Position numbers and translations under genes: made by a program. A stretch of DNA of 64,000 bases from the human T2T-CHM13v2.0 reference genome, Homo sapiens: the NCBI RefSeq assembly GCF_009914755.1, contig NC_060941.1, one strand, 5' to 3'. This document shows, one piece after another, positions 1 to 11,800 of this stretch (its first letter is position 1; every line of letters begins with the position of its first letter). The notes beneath the pieces were generated by a model. It made no database searches. It was not told where the DNA came from and saw only the letters and a program-made list of their open reading frames with translations.

Positions 1-211
1 TTGTGGAATGTGCAAGTGGAGATTTGGAGCGCTTTGAGGCCTATGGTAGTAAAGGGAATAGCTTCATAGAAAAACTAGACAGAAGCATTCTCAGAAAATA
101 CTTTGTGATGATTGAGTTGAACTCACAGAGCTGAACATTCCTTTGGATGGAGCAGGTTTGAGACACACTTTTTGTAGAATCTACAAGTGGATATTTGGAC
201 CTCTCTGAGGA

Positions 212-228
212 TTTCGTTGGAAACGGGA
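212..228 (+). promoter_or_regulatory. CENP-B box (m1), repeated in each HOR
   Basis: TTTCGTTGGAAACGGGA matches the canonical 17-bp box (core nTTCGnnnnAnnCGGGn). Confidence 0.95.
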
Positions 229-377
229 TAACTGCACCTAACTAAACGGAAGCATTCTCAGAAACTTCTTGGTGATGTTTGCATTCAAATCCCAGAGTTG
301 AACCTTCCTTTGAGAGTTCAGGTTTGAAACACTCTTTTTGTAGGATCTGCAAGTGGATATTTGGACCACTCTGTGGC

Positions 378-394
378 CTTCGTTCGAAACGGGT
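378..394 (+). promoter_or_regulatory. CENP-B box variant (m2)
   Basis: CTTCGTTCGAAACGGGT retains all 9 core positions and has an extra internal CpG. Confidence 0.88.
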
Positions 395-890
395 ACATCT
401 TCGCATAAAATCTAGACAGAAGCCTTCTCAGAAACTTCTCTGTGATGATTGCATTCAACTCACAGAGTTGAACCCTCCTATGGATAGAGCAGTGTTGAAA
501 CTCTCTTTTTGTGGAATCTGCAAGCGGATATGTGGACCTCTCCGAAGATGTCTTTGGAAACGGGAATATCTTCACATAAAAACTAAACAGAAGCATTCTC
601 AGAAACTTCTCTGTGATGTTTGTGTTCAACTCCCAGAGTTTCACATTGCTTCTCATAGAGTAGTTCTGAAACATGCTTTTCGTAGTGTCTGCAAGTGGAC
701 ATTTGGAGCGCTTTCAGGCCTGTGGTGGAAAACGAATTATGGTCACATAAAAACTGGAGAGAAGCATTGTCAGAAACTTCTTTGTGATGATTGCATTCAA
801 GTCACAGAGTTGAAGGTTCCTTTTCAAAGAGCAGTTTCCAATCACTCTTTCTGTGGAATCTGCAAGTGGATATTTGGACCTCTTTGAAGA

Positions 891-907
891 TTTCGTTGGA
901 AACGGGA
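891..907 (+). promoter_or_regulatory. CENP-B box (m5)
   Basis: TTTCGTTGGAAACGGGA. Confidence 0.95.
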
Positions 908-1403
908 GAATCTTCACAGAAAAGCTAAACAGAAGCATTCTCATAAACTTCTTTGTGATGCTTGCATTCAACTCACAGAGTTGAACTTTCCTTTCGAGAG
1001 AGAAGCTTTGAAACACTCTTTTTCCAGAATCTGCAAGTGGACATTTGGAGGGTTTTGAGGCCTGTGGTGGAAAAGGAATTATCTTCCCGTAAAAGCTAGA
1101 TAGAAGCATTCTCAGAAACTACTTTGTGATGATTGCATTCAAGTCACAGAGTTGAACATTCCCTTTGACAGAGCAGTTTGGAAACTCTCTTTGTGTAGAA
1201 TCTGCAAGTGGTGATATGGACCGCTTTGAGGCCTATGGTAGTAAAGGAAATAGCTTCATATAAAAGCTAGACAGTAGCATTCACAGAAAACTCTTGGTGA
1301 CGACTGAGTTTAACTCACAGAGCTGAACATTCCTTTGGATGGAGCAGTTTCGAAACACACTATTTCTAGAAGGTGCAAGTGGATATGTGGGCCTCTCTGA
1401 GGA

Positions 1404-1420
1404 TTTCGTTGGAAACGGGA
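1404..1420 (+). promoter_or_regulatory. CENP-B box (m8)
   Basis: TTTCGTTGGAAACGGGA, first of three consecutive boxes. Confidence 0.95.
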
Positions 1421-1570
1421 TAAACCGCACAGAACTAAACAGAAGCATTCTCAGAACCTTCTTCGTGATGTTTGCATTCAACTCACAGTGTTGAACCTTT
1501 CTTTGATAGTTCAGGTTTGAAACGGTCTTTCTGTAGAAACTGCAAGTAGATATTTGGACCTCTCTGAGGA

Positions 1571-1587
1571 TTTCGTTGGAAACGGGA
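1571..1587 (+). promoter_or_regulatory. CENP-B box (m9)
   Basis: TTTCGTTGGAAACGGGA, 167 bp after the m8 box. Confidence 0.95.
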
Positions 1588-1738
1588 TAAACCGCACAGA
1601 ACTAAAACAGAAGCATTCTCAGAACCCTCTTCGTGATGTTTGCATTCAACTCACGGTGCTGAACCTTTCTTTGATAGTTCAGCTTTGAAACACTCTTTTT
1701 GTAGAAACTGCAAGTGGATATTTGGTCCTCTCTGAGGA

Positions 1739-1755
1739 TTTCGTTGGAAACGGGA
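1739..1755 (+). promoter_or_regulatory. CENP-B box (m10)
   Basis: TTTCGTTGGAAACGGGA, 168 bp after the m9 box. Confidence 0.95.
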
Positions 1756-2074
1756 TAAACCGCACAGAACTAAACAGAAGCATTCTCAGAACCTTCTTCG
1801 TGATGTCTGCATTGAACTCACTGTGTGGAACCTTTCTTTGATAGTTCAGGTTTGAAACACTCTTTTTGTAGAAACTGCAAGGGGATCATTGCACTTCTTT
1901 GAGGCCTACCGTAGTAAAGGAAATAACTTCCTATAAAAAGAAGACAGAAGCTTTCTCAGAAAATTCTTTGGGATGATTGAGTTGAGGAAACAGAGCTGAA
2001 CACTCCTTGCGATGTAGCAGTTTAGAAACACACTTTCTGCAGAATCTGCAAGTGCATATGTGGACCTCTCTGAG

Positions 2075-2093
2075 GAATTCATTGGAAACGGGA
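2075..2093 (+). promoter_or_regulatory. EcoRI site overlapping the m12 CENP-B box (box disrupted in this copy, intact in most others)
   Basis: GAATTCATTGGAAACGGGA here, versus GAATTCGTTGGAAACGGGA at 10220 and most later copies. Confidence 0.88.
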
Positions 2094-2242
2094 TAATTTC
2101 AGCTGACTAAACAGAAGCAGTCTCAGAATCTTCTTTGTGATGTTTGCATTCAAATCCCAGAGTTGAACTTTCCTTTCCAAGTTCACGTTTGAAACACTCT
2201 TTTTGCAGGATCTACAAGTGGATATTTGGACCACTCTGTGTC

Positions 2243-2259
2243 CTTCGTTCGAAACGGGT
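2243..2259 (+). promoter_or_regulatory. CENP-B box variant (m13)
   Basis: CTTCGTTCGAAACGGGT with the core intact. Confidence 0.88.
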
Positions 2260-2752
2260 ATATCTTCACATGACATCTAGACAGAAGCATTCTCAGAAGC
2301 TTCTCTGTGATGACTGCATTCAACTCACGGAGTTGAACACTCCTTTTGAGAGCGCAGTTTTGAAACTCTCTTTCTGTGGCATCTGCAAGGGGACATGTAG
2401 ACCTCTTTGAAGATTTCGTTTGAAACGGAATCATCTTCACATAAAAACTATACAGATGCATTCTCAGGAACTTTTTGGTGATGTTTGTATTCAACTCCCA
2501 GAGTTGAACTTTCCTTTGGAAAGAGCAGCTATGAAACACTCTTTTTCTAGAATCTGCAAGTGGACGTTTGGAGGGGTTTGTGGTTTGTGGTGGAAAAGGA
2601 AATATCTTCACCTAAATACTAGATAGAAGCATTCTCAGAAACTGCTTTGTGATGATTGCATTCACCTCACAGAGTTGAACATTCCTATTGATAGAGCAGT
2701 TTGGAAACACTCTTGTTGTGGAATGTGCAAGTGGAGATTTGGAGCGCTTTGA

Positions 2753-2773
2753 GGCCTATGGTAGTAAAGGGAA
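2753..2773 (+). promoter_or_regulatory. A-type (pJ-alpha-like) box region of m16; related boxes in m4, m6, m7, m11, m15
   Basis: GGCCTATGGTAGTAAAGGGAA occupies the position where B-type monomers carry the CENP-B box. Confidence 0.7.
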
Positions 2774-2800
2774 TAGCTTCATAGAAAAACTAGACAGAAG

Positions 2801-5800
2801 CATTCTCAGAAAATACTTTGTGATGATTGAGTTGAACTCACAGAGCTGAACATTCCTTTGGATGGAGCAGGTTTGAGACACACTTTTTGTAGAATCTACA
2901 AGTGGATATTTGGACCTCTCTGAGGATTTCGTTGGAAACGGGATAACTGCACCTAACTAAACGGAAGCATTCTCAGAAACTTCTTGGTGATGTTTGCATT
3001 CAAATCCCAGAGTTGAACCTTCCTTTGAGAGTTCAGGTTTGAAACACTCTTTTTGTAGGATCTGCAAGTGGATATTTGGACCACTCTGTGGCCTTCGTTC
3101 GAAACGGGTACATCTTCGCATAAAATCTAGACAGAAGCCTTCTCAGAAACTTCTCTGTGATGATTGCATTCAACTCACAGAGTTGAACCCTCCTATGGAT
3201 AGAGCAGTGTTGAAACTCTCTTTTTGTGGAATCTGCAAGCGGATATGTGGACCTCTCCGAAGATGTCTTTGGAAACGGGAATATCTTCACATAAAAACTA
3301 AACAGAAGCATTCTCAGAAACTTCTCTGTGATGTTTGTGTTCAACTCCCAGAGTTTCACATTGCTTCTCATAGAGTAGTTCTGAAACATGCTTTTCGTAG
3401 TGTCTGCAAGTGGACATTTGGAGCGCTTTCAGGCCTGTGGTGGAAAACGAATTATGGTCACATAAAAACTGGAGAGAAGCATTGTCAGAAACTTCTTTGT
3501 GATGATTGCATTCAAGTCACAGAGTTGAAGGTTCCTTTTCAAAGAGCAGTTTCCAATCACTCTTTCTGTGGAATCTGCAAGTGGATATTTGGACCTCTTT
3601 GAAGATTTCGTTGGAAACGGGAGAATCTTCACAGAAAAGCTAAACAGAAGCATTCTCAGAAACTTCTTTGTGATGCTTGCATTCAACTCACAGAGTTGAA
3701 CTTTCCTTTCGAGAGAGAAGCTTTGAAACACTCTTTTTCCAGAATCTGCAAGTGGACATTTGGAGGGCTTTGAGGTCTGTGGTGGAAAAGGAATTATCTT
3801 CCCGTAAAAGCTAGATAGAAGCATTCTCAGAAACTACTTTGTGATGATTGCATTCAAGTCACAGAGTTGAACATTCCCTTTGACAGAGCAGTTTGGAAAC
3901 TCTCTTTGTGTAGAATCTGCAAGTGGAGATATGGACCGCTTTGAGGCCTATGGTAGTAAAGGAAATAGCTTCATATAAAAGCTAGACAGTAGCATTCACA
4001 GAAAACTCTTGGTGACGACTGAGTTTAACTCACAGAGCTGAACATTCCTTTGGATGGAGCAGTTTCGAAACACACTATTTCTAGAAGGTGCAAGTGGATA
4101 TGTGGGCCTCTCTGAGGATTTCGTTGGAAACGGGATAAACCGCACAGAACTAAACAGAAGCATTCTCAGAACCTTCTTCGTGATGTTTGCATTCAACTCA
4201 CAGTGTTGAACCTTTCTTTGATAGTTCAGGTTTGAAACGGTCTTTCTGTAGAAACTGCAAGTAGATATTTGGACCTCTCTGAGGATTTCGTTGGAAACGG
4301 GATAAACCGCACAGAACTAAAACAGAAGCATTCTCAGAACCCTCTTCGTGATGTTTGCATTCAACTCACGGTGCTGAACCTTTCTTTGATAGTTCAGCTT
4401 TGAAACACTCTTTTTGTAGAAACTGCAAGTGGATATTTGGTCCTCTCTGAGGATTTCGTTGGAAACGGGATAAACCGCACAGAACTAAACAGAAGCATTC
4501 TCAGAACCTTCTTCGTGATGTCTGCATTGAACTCACTGTGTGGAACCTTTCTTTGATAGTTCAGGTTTGAAACACTCTTTTTGTAGAAACTGCAAGGGGA
4601 TCATTGCACTTCTTTGAGGCCTACCGTAGTAAAGGAAATAACTTCCTATAAAAAGAAGACAGAAGCTTTCTCAGAAAATTCTTTGGGATGATTGAGTTGA
4701 GGAAACAGAGCTGAACACTCCTTGCGATGTAGCAGTTTAGAAACACACTTTCTGCAGAATCTGCAAGTGCATATGTGGACCTCTCTGAGGAATTCATTGG
4801 AAACGGGATAATTTCAGCTGACTAAACAGAAGCAGTCTCAGAATCTTCTTTGTGATGTTTGCATTCAAATCCCAGAGTTGAACTTTCCTTTCCAAGTTCA
4901 CGTTTGAAACACTCTTTTTGCAGGATCTACAAGTGGATATTTGGACCACTCTGTGTCCTTCGTTCGAAACGGGTATATCTTCACATGACATCTAGACAGA
5001 AGCATTCTCAGAAGCTTCTCTGTGATGACTGCATTCAACTCACGGAGTTGAACACTCCTTTTGAGAGCGCAGTTTTGAAACTCTCTTTCTGTGGCATCTG
5101 CAAGGGGACATGTAGACCTCTTTGAAGATTTCGTTTGAAACGGAATCATCTTCACATAAAAACTATACAGATGCATTCTCAGGAACTTTTTGGTGATGTT
5201 TGTATTCAACTCCCAGAGTTGAACTTTCCTTTGGAAAGAGCAGCTATGAAACACTCTTTTTCTAGAATCTGCAAGTGGACGTTTGGAGGGGTTTGTGGTT
5301 TGTGGTGGAAAAGGAAATATCTTCACCTAAATACTAGATAGAAGCATTCTCAGAAACTGCTTTGTGATGATTGCATTCACCTCACAGAGTTGAACATTCC
5401 TATTGATAGAGCAGTTTGGAAACACTCTTGTTGTGGAATGTGCAAGTGGAGATTTGGAGCGCTTTGAGGCCTATGGTAGTAAAGGGAATAGCTTCATAGA
5501 AAAACTAGACAGAAGCATTCTCAGAAAATACTTTGTGATGATTGAGTTGAACTCACAGAGCTGAACATTCCTTTGGATGGAGCAGGTTTGAGACACACTT
5601 TTTGTAGAATCTACAAGTGGATATTTGGACCTCTCTGAGGATTTCGTTGGAAACGGGATAACTGCACCTAACTAAACGGAAGCATTCTCAGAAACTTCTT
5701 GGTGATGTTTGCATTCAAATCCCAGAGTTGAACCTTCCTTTGAGAGTTCAGGTTTGAAACACTCTTTTTGTAGGATCTGCAAGTGGATATTTGGACCACT

Positions 5801-8800
5801 CTGTGGCCTTCGTTCGAAACGGGTACATCTTCGCATAAAATCTAGACAGAAGCCTTCTCAGAAACTTCTCTGTGATGATTGCATTCAACTCACAGAGTTG
5901 AACCCTCCTATGGATAGAGCAGTGTTGAAACTCTCTTTTTGTGGAATCTGCAAGCGGATATGTGGACCTCTCCGAAGATGTCTTTGGAAACGGGAATATC
6001 TTCACATAAAAACTAAACAGAAGCATTCTCAGAAACTTCTCTGTGATGTTTGTGTTCAACTCCCAGAGTTTCACATTGCTTCTCATAGAGTAGTTCTGAA
6101 ACATGCTTTTCGTAGTGTCTGCAAGTGGACATTTGGAGCGCTTTCAGGCCTGTGGTGGAAAACGAATTATGGTCACATAAAAACTGGAGAGAAGCATTGT
6201 CAGAAACTTCTTTGTGATGATTGCATTCAAGTCACAGAGTTGAAGGTTCCTTTTCAAAGAGCAGTTTCCAATCACTCTTTCTGTGGAATCTGCAAGTGGA
6301 TATTTGGACCTCTTTGAAGATTTCGTTGGAAACGGGAGAATCTTCACAGAAAAGCTAAACAGAAGCATTCTCAGAAACTTCTTTGTGATGCTTGCATTCA
6401 ACTCACAGAGTTGAACTTTCCTTTCGAGAGAGAAGCTTTGAAACACTCTTTTTCCAGAATCTGCAAGTGGACATTTGGAGGGCTTTGAGGTCTGTGGTGG
6501 AAAAGGAATTATCTTCCCGTAAAAGCTAGATAGAAGCATTCTCAGAAACTACTTTGTGATGATTGCATTCAAGTCACAGAGTTGAACATTCCCTTTGACA
6601 GAGCAGTTTGGAAACTCTCTTTGTGTAGAATCTGCAAGTGGAGATATGGACCGCTTTGAGGCCTATGGTAGTAAAGGAAATAGCTTCATATAAAAGCTAG
6701 ACAGTAGCATTCACAGAAAACTCTTGGTGACGACTGAGTTTAACTCACAGAGCTGAACATTCCTTTGGATGGAGCAGTTTCGAAACACACTATTTCTAGA
6801 AGGTGCAAGTGGATATGTGGGCCTCTCTGAGGATTTCGTTGGAAACGGGATAAACCGCACAGAACTAAACAGAAGCATTCTCAGAACCTTCTTCGTGATG
6901 TTTGCATTCAACTCACAGTGTTGAACCTTTCTTTGATAGTTCAGGTTTGAAACGGTCTTTCTGTAGAAACTGCAAGTAGATATTTGGACCTCTCTGAGGA
7001 TTTCGTTGGAAACGGGATAAACCGAACAGAACTAAAACAGAAGCATTCTCAGAACCCTCTTCGTGATGTTTGCATTCAACTCACGGTGCTGAACCCTTCT
7101 TTGATAGTTCAGCTTTGAAACACTCTTTTTGTAGAAACTGCAAGTGGATATTTGGTCCTCTCTGAGGATTTCGTTGGAAACGGGATAAACCGCACAGAAC
7201 TAAACAGAAGCATTCTCAGAACCTTCTTCGTGATGTCTGCATTCAACTCACAGTGTGGAACCTTTCTTTGATAGTTCAGGTTTGAAACACTCTTTTTGTA
7301 GAAACTGCAAGGGGATCATTGCACTTCTTTGAGGCCTACCGTAGTAAAGGAAATAACTTCCTATAAAAAGAAGACAGAAGCTTTCTCAGAAAATTCTTTG
7401 GGATGATTGAGTTGAGGAAACAGAGCTGAACACTCCTTGCGATGTAGCAGTTTAGAAACACACTTTCTGCAGAATCTGCAAGTGCATATGTGGACCTCTC
7501 TGAGGAATTCATTGGAAACGGGATAATTTCAGCTGACTAAACAGAAACAGTCTCAGAATCTTCTTTGTGATGTTTGCATTCAAATCCCAGAGTTGAACTT
7601 TCCTTTCAAAGTTCACGTTTGAAACACTCTTTTTGCAGGATCTACAAGTGGATATTTGGACCACTCTGTGTCCTTCGTTCGAAACGGGTATATCTTCACA
7701 TGACATCTAGACAGAAGCATTCTCAGAAGCTTCTCTGTGATGACTGCATTCAACTCACGGAGTTGAACACTCCTTTTGAGAGCGCAGTTTTGAAACTCTC
7801 TTTCTGTGGCATCTGCAAGGGGACATGTAGACCTCTTTGAAGATTTCGTTGGAAACGGAATCATCTTCACATAAAAACTATACAGATGCATTCTCACGAA
7901 CTTTTTGGTGATGTTTGTATTCAACTCCCAGAGTTGAACTTTCCTTTGGAAAGAGCAGCTATGAAACACTCTTTTTCTAGAATCTGCAAGTGGACGTTTG
8001 GAGGGCTTTGTGGTTTGTGGTGGAAAAGGAAATATCTTCACCTAAATACTAGATAGAAGCATTCTCAGAAACTGCTTCGTGATGATTGCATTCACCTCAC
8101 AGAGTTGAACATTCCTATTGATAGAGCAGTTTGGAAACACTCTTGTTGTGGAATGTGCAAGTGGAGATTTGGAGCGCTTTGAGGCCTATGGTAGTAAAGG
8201 GAATAGCTTCATAGAAAAACTAGACAGAAGCATTCTCACAAAATACTTTGTGATGATTGAGTTTAACTCACAGAGCTGAACATTCCTTTGGATGGAGCAG
8301 GTTTGAGACACACTTTTTGTAGAATCTACAAGTGGATATTTGGACCTCTCTGAGGATTTCGTTGGAAACGGGATAACTGCACCTAACTAAACGGAAGCAT
8401 TCTCAGAAACTTCTTGGTGATGTTTGCATTCAAATCCCAGAGTTGAAACTTCCTTTGAGAGTTCAGGTTTGAAACACTCTTTTTGTAGGATCTGCAAGTG
8501 GATATTTGGACCACTCTGTGGCCTTCGTTCGAAACGGGTACATCTTCGCATAAAATCTAGACAGAAGCCTTCTCAGAAACTTCTCTGTGATGATTGCATT
8601 CAACTCACAGAGTTGAACCCTCCTATGGATAGAGCAGTGTTGAAACTCTCTTTTTGTGGAATCTGCAAGCGGATATGTGGACCTCTCCGAAGATGTCTTT
8701 GGAAACGGGAATATCTTCACATAAAAACTAAACAGAAGCATTCTCAGAAACTTCTCTGTGATGTTTGTGTTCAACTCCCAGAGTTTCACATTGCTTCTCA

Positions 8801-11800
8801 TAGAGTAGTTCTGAAACATGCTTTTCGTAGTGTCTGCAAGTGGACATTTGGAGCGCTTTCAGGCCTGTGGTGGAAAACGAATTATGGTCACATAAAAACT
8901 GGAGAGAAGCATTGTCAGAAACTTCTTTGTGATGATTGCATTCAAGTCACAGAGTTGAAGGTTCCTTTTCAAAGAGCAGTTTCCAATCACTCTTTCTGTG
9001 GAATCTGCAAGTGGATATTTGGACCTCTTTGAAGATTTCGTTGGAAACGGGAGAATCTTCACAGAAAAGCTAAACAGAAGCATTCTCAGAAACTTCTTTG
9101 TGATGCTTGCATTCAACTCACTGAGTTGAACTTTCCTTTCGAGAGAGAAGCTTTGAAACACTCTTTTTCCAGAATCTGCAAGTGGACATTTGGAGGGCTT
9201 TGAGGTCTGTGGTGGAAAAGGAATTATCTTCCCGTAAAAGCTAGATAGAAGCATTCTCAGAAACTACTTTGTGATGATTGCATTCAAGTCACAGAGTTGA
9301 ACATTCCCTTTGACAGAGCAGTTTGGAAACTCTCTTTGTGTAGAATCTGCAAGTGGAGATATGGAATGATTTGAGGACTATGGTAGTAAAGGAAATAGCT
9401 TCATATAAAAGCTAGACAGTAGCATTCACAGAAAACTCTTGGTGACGACTGAGTTTAACTCACAGAGCTGAACATTCCTTTGGATGGAGCAGTTTCGAAA
9501 CACACTATTTCTAGAAGGTGCAAGTGGATATGTGGGCCTCTCTGAGGATTTCGTTGGAAACGGGATAAACCGCACAGAACTAAACAGAAGCATTCTCAGA
9601 ACCTTCTTCGTGATGTTTGCATTCAACTCACAGTGTTGAACCTTTCTTTGATAGTTCAGGTTTGAAACGGTCTTTCTGTAGAAACTGCAAGTAGATATTT
9701 GGACCTCTCTGAGGATTTCGTTGGAAACGGGTTAAACCGCACAGAACTAAAACAGAAGCATTCTCAGAACCCTCTTCGTGATGTTTGCATTCAACTCACG
9801 GTGCTGAACCTTTCTTTGATAGTTCAGCTTTGAAACACTCTTTTTGTAGAAACTGCAAGTGGATATTTGGTCCTCTCTGAGGATTTCGTTGGAAACGGGA
9901 TAAACCGCACAGAACTAAACAGAAGCATTCTCAGAACCTTCTTCGTGATGTCTGCATTCAACTCACAGTGTGGAACCTTTCTTTGATAGTTCAGGTTTGA
10001 AACACTCTTTTTGTAGAAACTGCAAGGGGATCATTGCACTTCTTTGAGGCCTACCGTAGTAAAGGAGATAACTTCCTATAAAAAGAAGACAGAAGCTTTC
10101 TCAGAAAATTCTTTGGGATGATTGAGTTGAGCAAACAGAGCTGAACACTCCTTGCGATGTAGCAGTTTAGAAACACACTTTCTGCAGAATCTGCAAGTGC
10201 ATATGTGGACCTCTCTGAGGAATTCGTTGGAAACGGGATAATTTCAGCTGACTAAACAGAAGCAGTCTCAGAATCTTCTTTGTGATGTTTGCATTCAAAT
10301 CCCAGAGTTGAACTTTCCTTTCCAAGTTCATGTTTGAAACACTCTTTTTGCAGGATCTACAAGTGGATATTTGGACCACTCTGTGTCCTTCGTTCGAAAC
10401 GGGTATATCTTCACATGACATCTAGACTGAAGCATTCTCAGAAGCTTCTCTGTGATGACTGCATTCAACTCACGGAGTTGAACACTCCTTTTGAGAGCGC
10501 AGTTTTGAAACTCTCTTTCTGTGGCATCTGCAAGGGGACATGTAGACCTCTTTGAAGATTTCGTTGGAAACGGAATCATCTTCACATAAAAACTATACAG
10601 ATGCATTCTCACGAACTTTTTGGTGATGTTTGTATTCAACTCCCAGAGTTGAACTTTCCTTTGGAAAGAGCAGCTATGAAACACTCTTTTTCTAGAATCT
10701 GCAAGTGGACGTTTGGAGGGCTTTGTGGTTTGTGGTGGAAAAGGAAATATCTTCACCTAAATACTAGATAGAAGCATTCTCAGAAACTGCTTCGTGATGA
10801 TTGCATTCACCTCACAGAGTTGAACATTCCTATTGATAGAGCAGTTTGGAAACACTCTTGTTGTGGAATGTGCAAGTGGAGATTTGGAGCGCTTTGAGGC
10901 CTATGGTAGTAAAGGGAATAGCTTCATAGAAAAACTAGACAGAAGCATTCTCACAAAATACTTTGTGATGATTGAGTTTAACTCACAGAGCTGAACATTC
11001 CTTTGGATGGAGCAGGTTTGAGACACACTTTTTGTAGAATCTACAAGTGGATATTTGGACCTCTCTGAGGATTTCGTTGGAAACGGGATAACTGCACCTA
11101 ACTAAACGGAAGCATTCTCAGAAACTTCTTGGTGATGTTTGCATTCAAATCCCAGAGTTGAAACTTCCTTTGAGAGTTCAGGTTTGAAACACTCTTTTTG
11201 TAGGATCTGCAAGTGGATATTTGGACCACTCTGTGGCCTTCGTTCGAAACGGGTACATCTTCGCATAAAATCTAGACAGAAGCCTTCTCAGAAACTTCTC
11301 TGTGATGATTGCATTCAACTCACAGAGTTGAACCCTCCTATGGATAGAGCAGTGTTGAAACTCTCTTTTTGTGGAATCTGCAAGCGGATATGTGGACCTC
11401 TCCGAAGATGTCTTTGGAAACGGGAATATCTTCACATAAAAACTAAACAGAAGCATTCTCAGAAACTTCTCTGTGATGTTTGTGTTCAACTCCCAGAGTT
11501 TCACATTGCTTCTCATAGAGTAGTTCTGAAACATGCTTTTCGTAGTGTCTGCAAGTGGACATTTGGAGCGCTTTCAGGCCTGTGGTGGAAAACGAATTAT
11601 GGTCACATAAAAACTGGAGAGAAGCATTGTCAGAAACTTCTTTGTGATGATTGCATTCAAGTCACAGAGTTGAAGGTTCCTTTTCAAAGAGCAGTTTCCA
11701 ATCACTCTTTCTGTGGAATCTGCAAGTGGATATTTGGACCTCTTTGAAGATTTCGTTGGAAACGGGAGAATCTTCACAGAAAAGCTAAACAGAAGCATTC

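Larger units (their letters stand above)
1392..1881 (+). repeat. Intra-HOR tandem triplication of a 167/168-bp unit spanning m8 3' end to m11 5' part
   Basis: CCTCTCTGAGGATTTCGTTGGAAACGGGATAAACCGCACAGAACTAAA(A)CAGAAGCATTCTCAGAACC...GTAGAAACTGCAAG occurs three times in succession. These copies are far more similar to each other than other neighbouring monomers are. Confidence 0.9.
86..2800 (+). repeat. Reference HOR unit (copy 1): 16 monomers starting at 86, 253, 423, 594, 765, 936, 1107, 1278, 1446, 1614, 1781, 1951, 2118, 2288, 2459, 2630 (my numbering m1-m16)
   Basis: Monomer starts were read at the (AGAAG)CATTC motif. Lengths are 167,170,171,171,171,171,171,168,168,167,170,167,170,171,171,171, summing to 2715. 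The box pattern B,B,b,A,B,A,A,B,B,B,A,B,B,b,A,A (b = degenerate B box) is consistent with rearranged W1-W5 pentamers. Confidence 0.93.

Noticed and set aside
549-565. Possible CENP-B box in m3
   Set aside because: TGTCTTTGGAAACGGGA lacks the TTCG core and is degenerate in all copies.
279-887. Repeated 202-aa + strand ORF (Cys/His-rich, present in nearly every HOR)
   Set aside because: It is a translation of about 3.5 alpha monomers. Because 171 is divisible by 3, the frame stays open and gives an internal 57-aa pseudo-repeat. It starts at TTG rather than ATG, overlaps equally long antisense ORFs, and is truncated by stops in the copies at 56958 and 59505. Its conservation only reflects HOR identity, and the CxxC-like motifs are not real zinc fingers.
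1392-1881. CRISPR-like regularly spaced direct repeats
   Set aside because: The intervening sequences are homologous to each other rather than unique spacers, the period is the alpha monomer length, and there are no cas genes.
2414-2430. Possible CENP-B box in m14
   Set aside because: It ends CGGAA rather than CGGG, so a core position is missing in all copies.
318-2626. Other recurrent ORFs of 64-142 aa on both strands
   Set aside because: These are the same satellite-translation artefact. They appear and disappear with single substitutions and show no coding hallmarks or recognisable domains.
9716-9732. GGGT variant of the m9 box in the four-copy block as a box loss
   Set aside because: The change is at position 17, outside the 9 core bases, so the box should remain functional.
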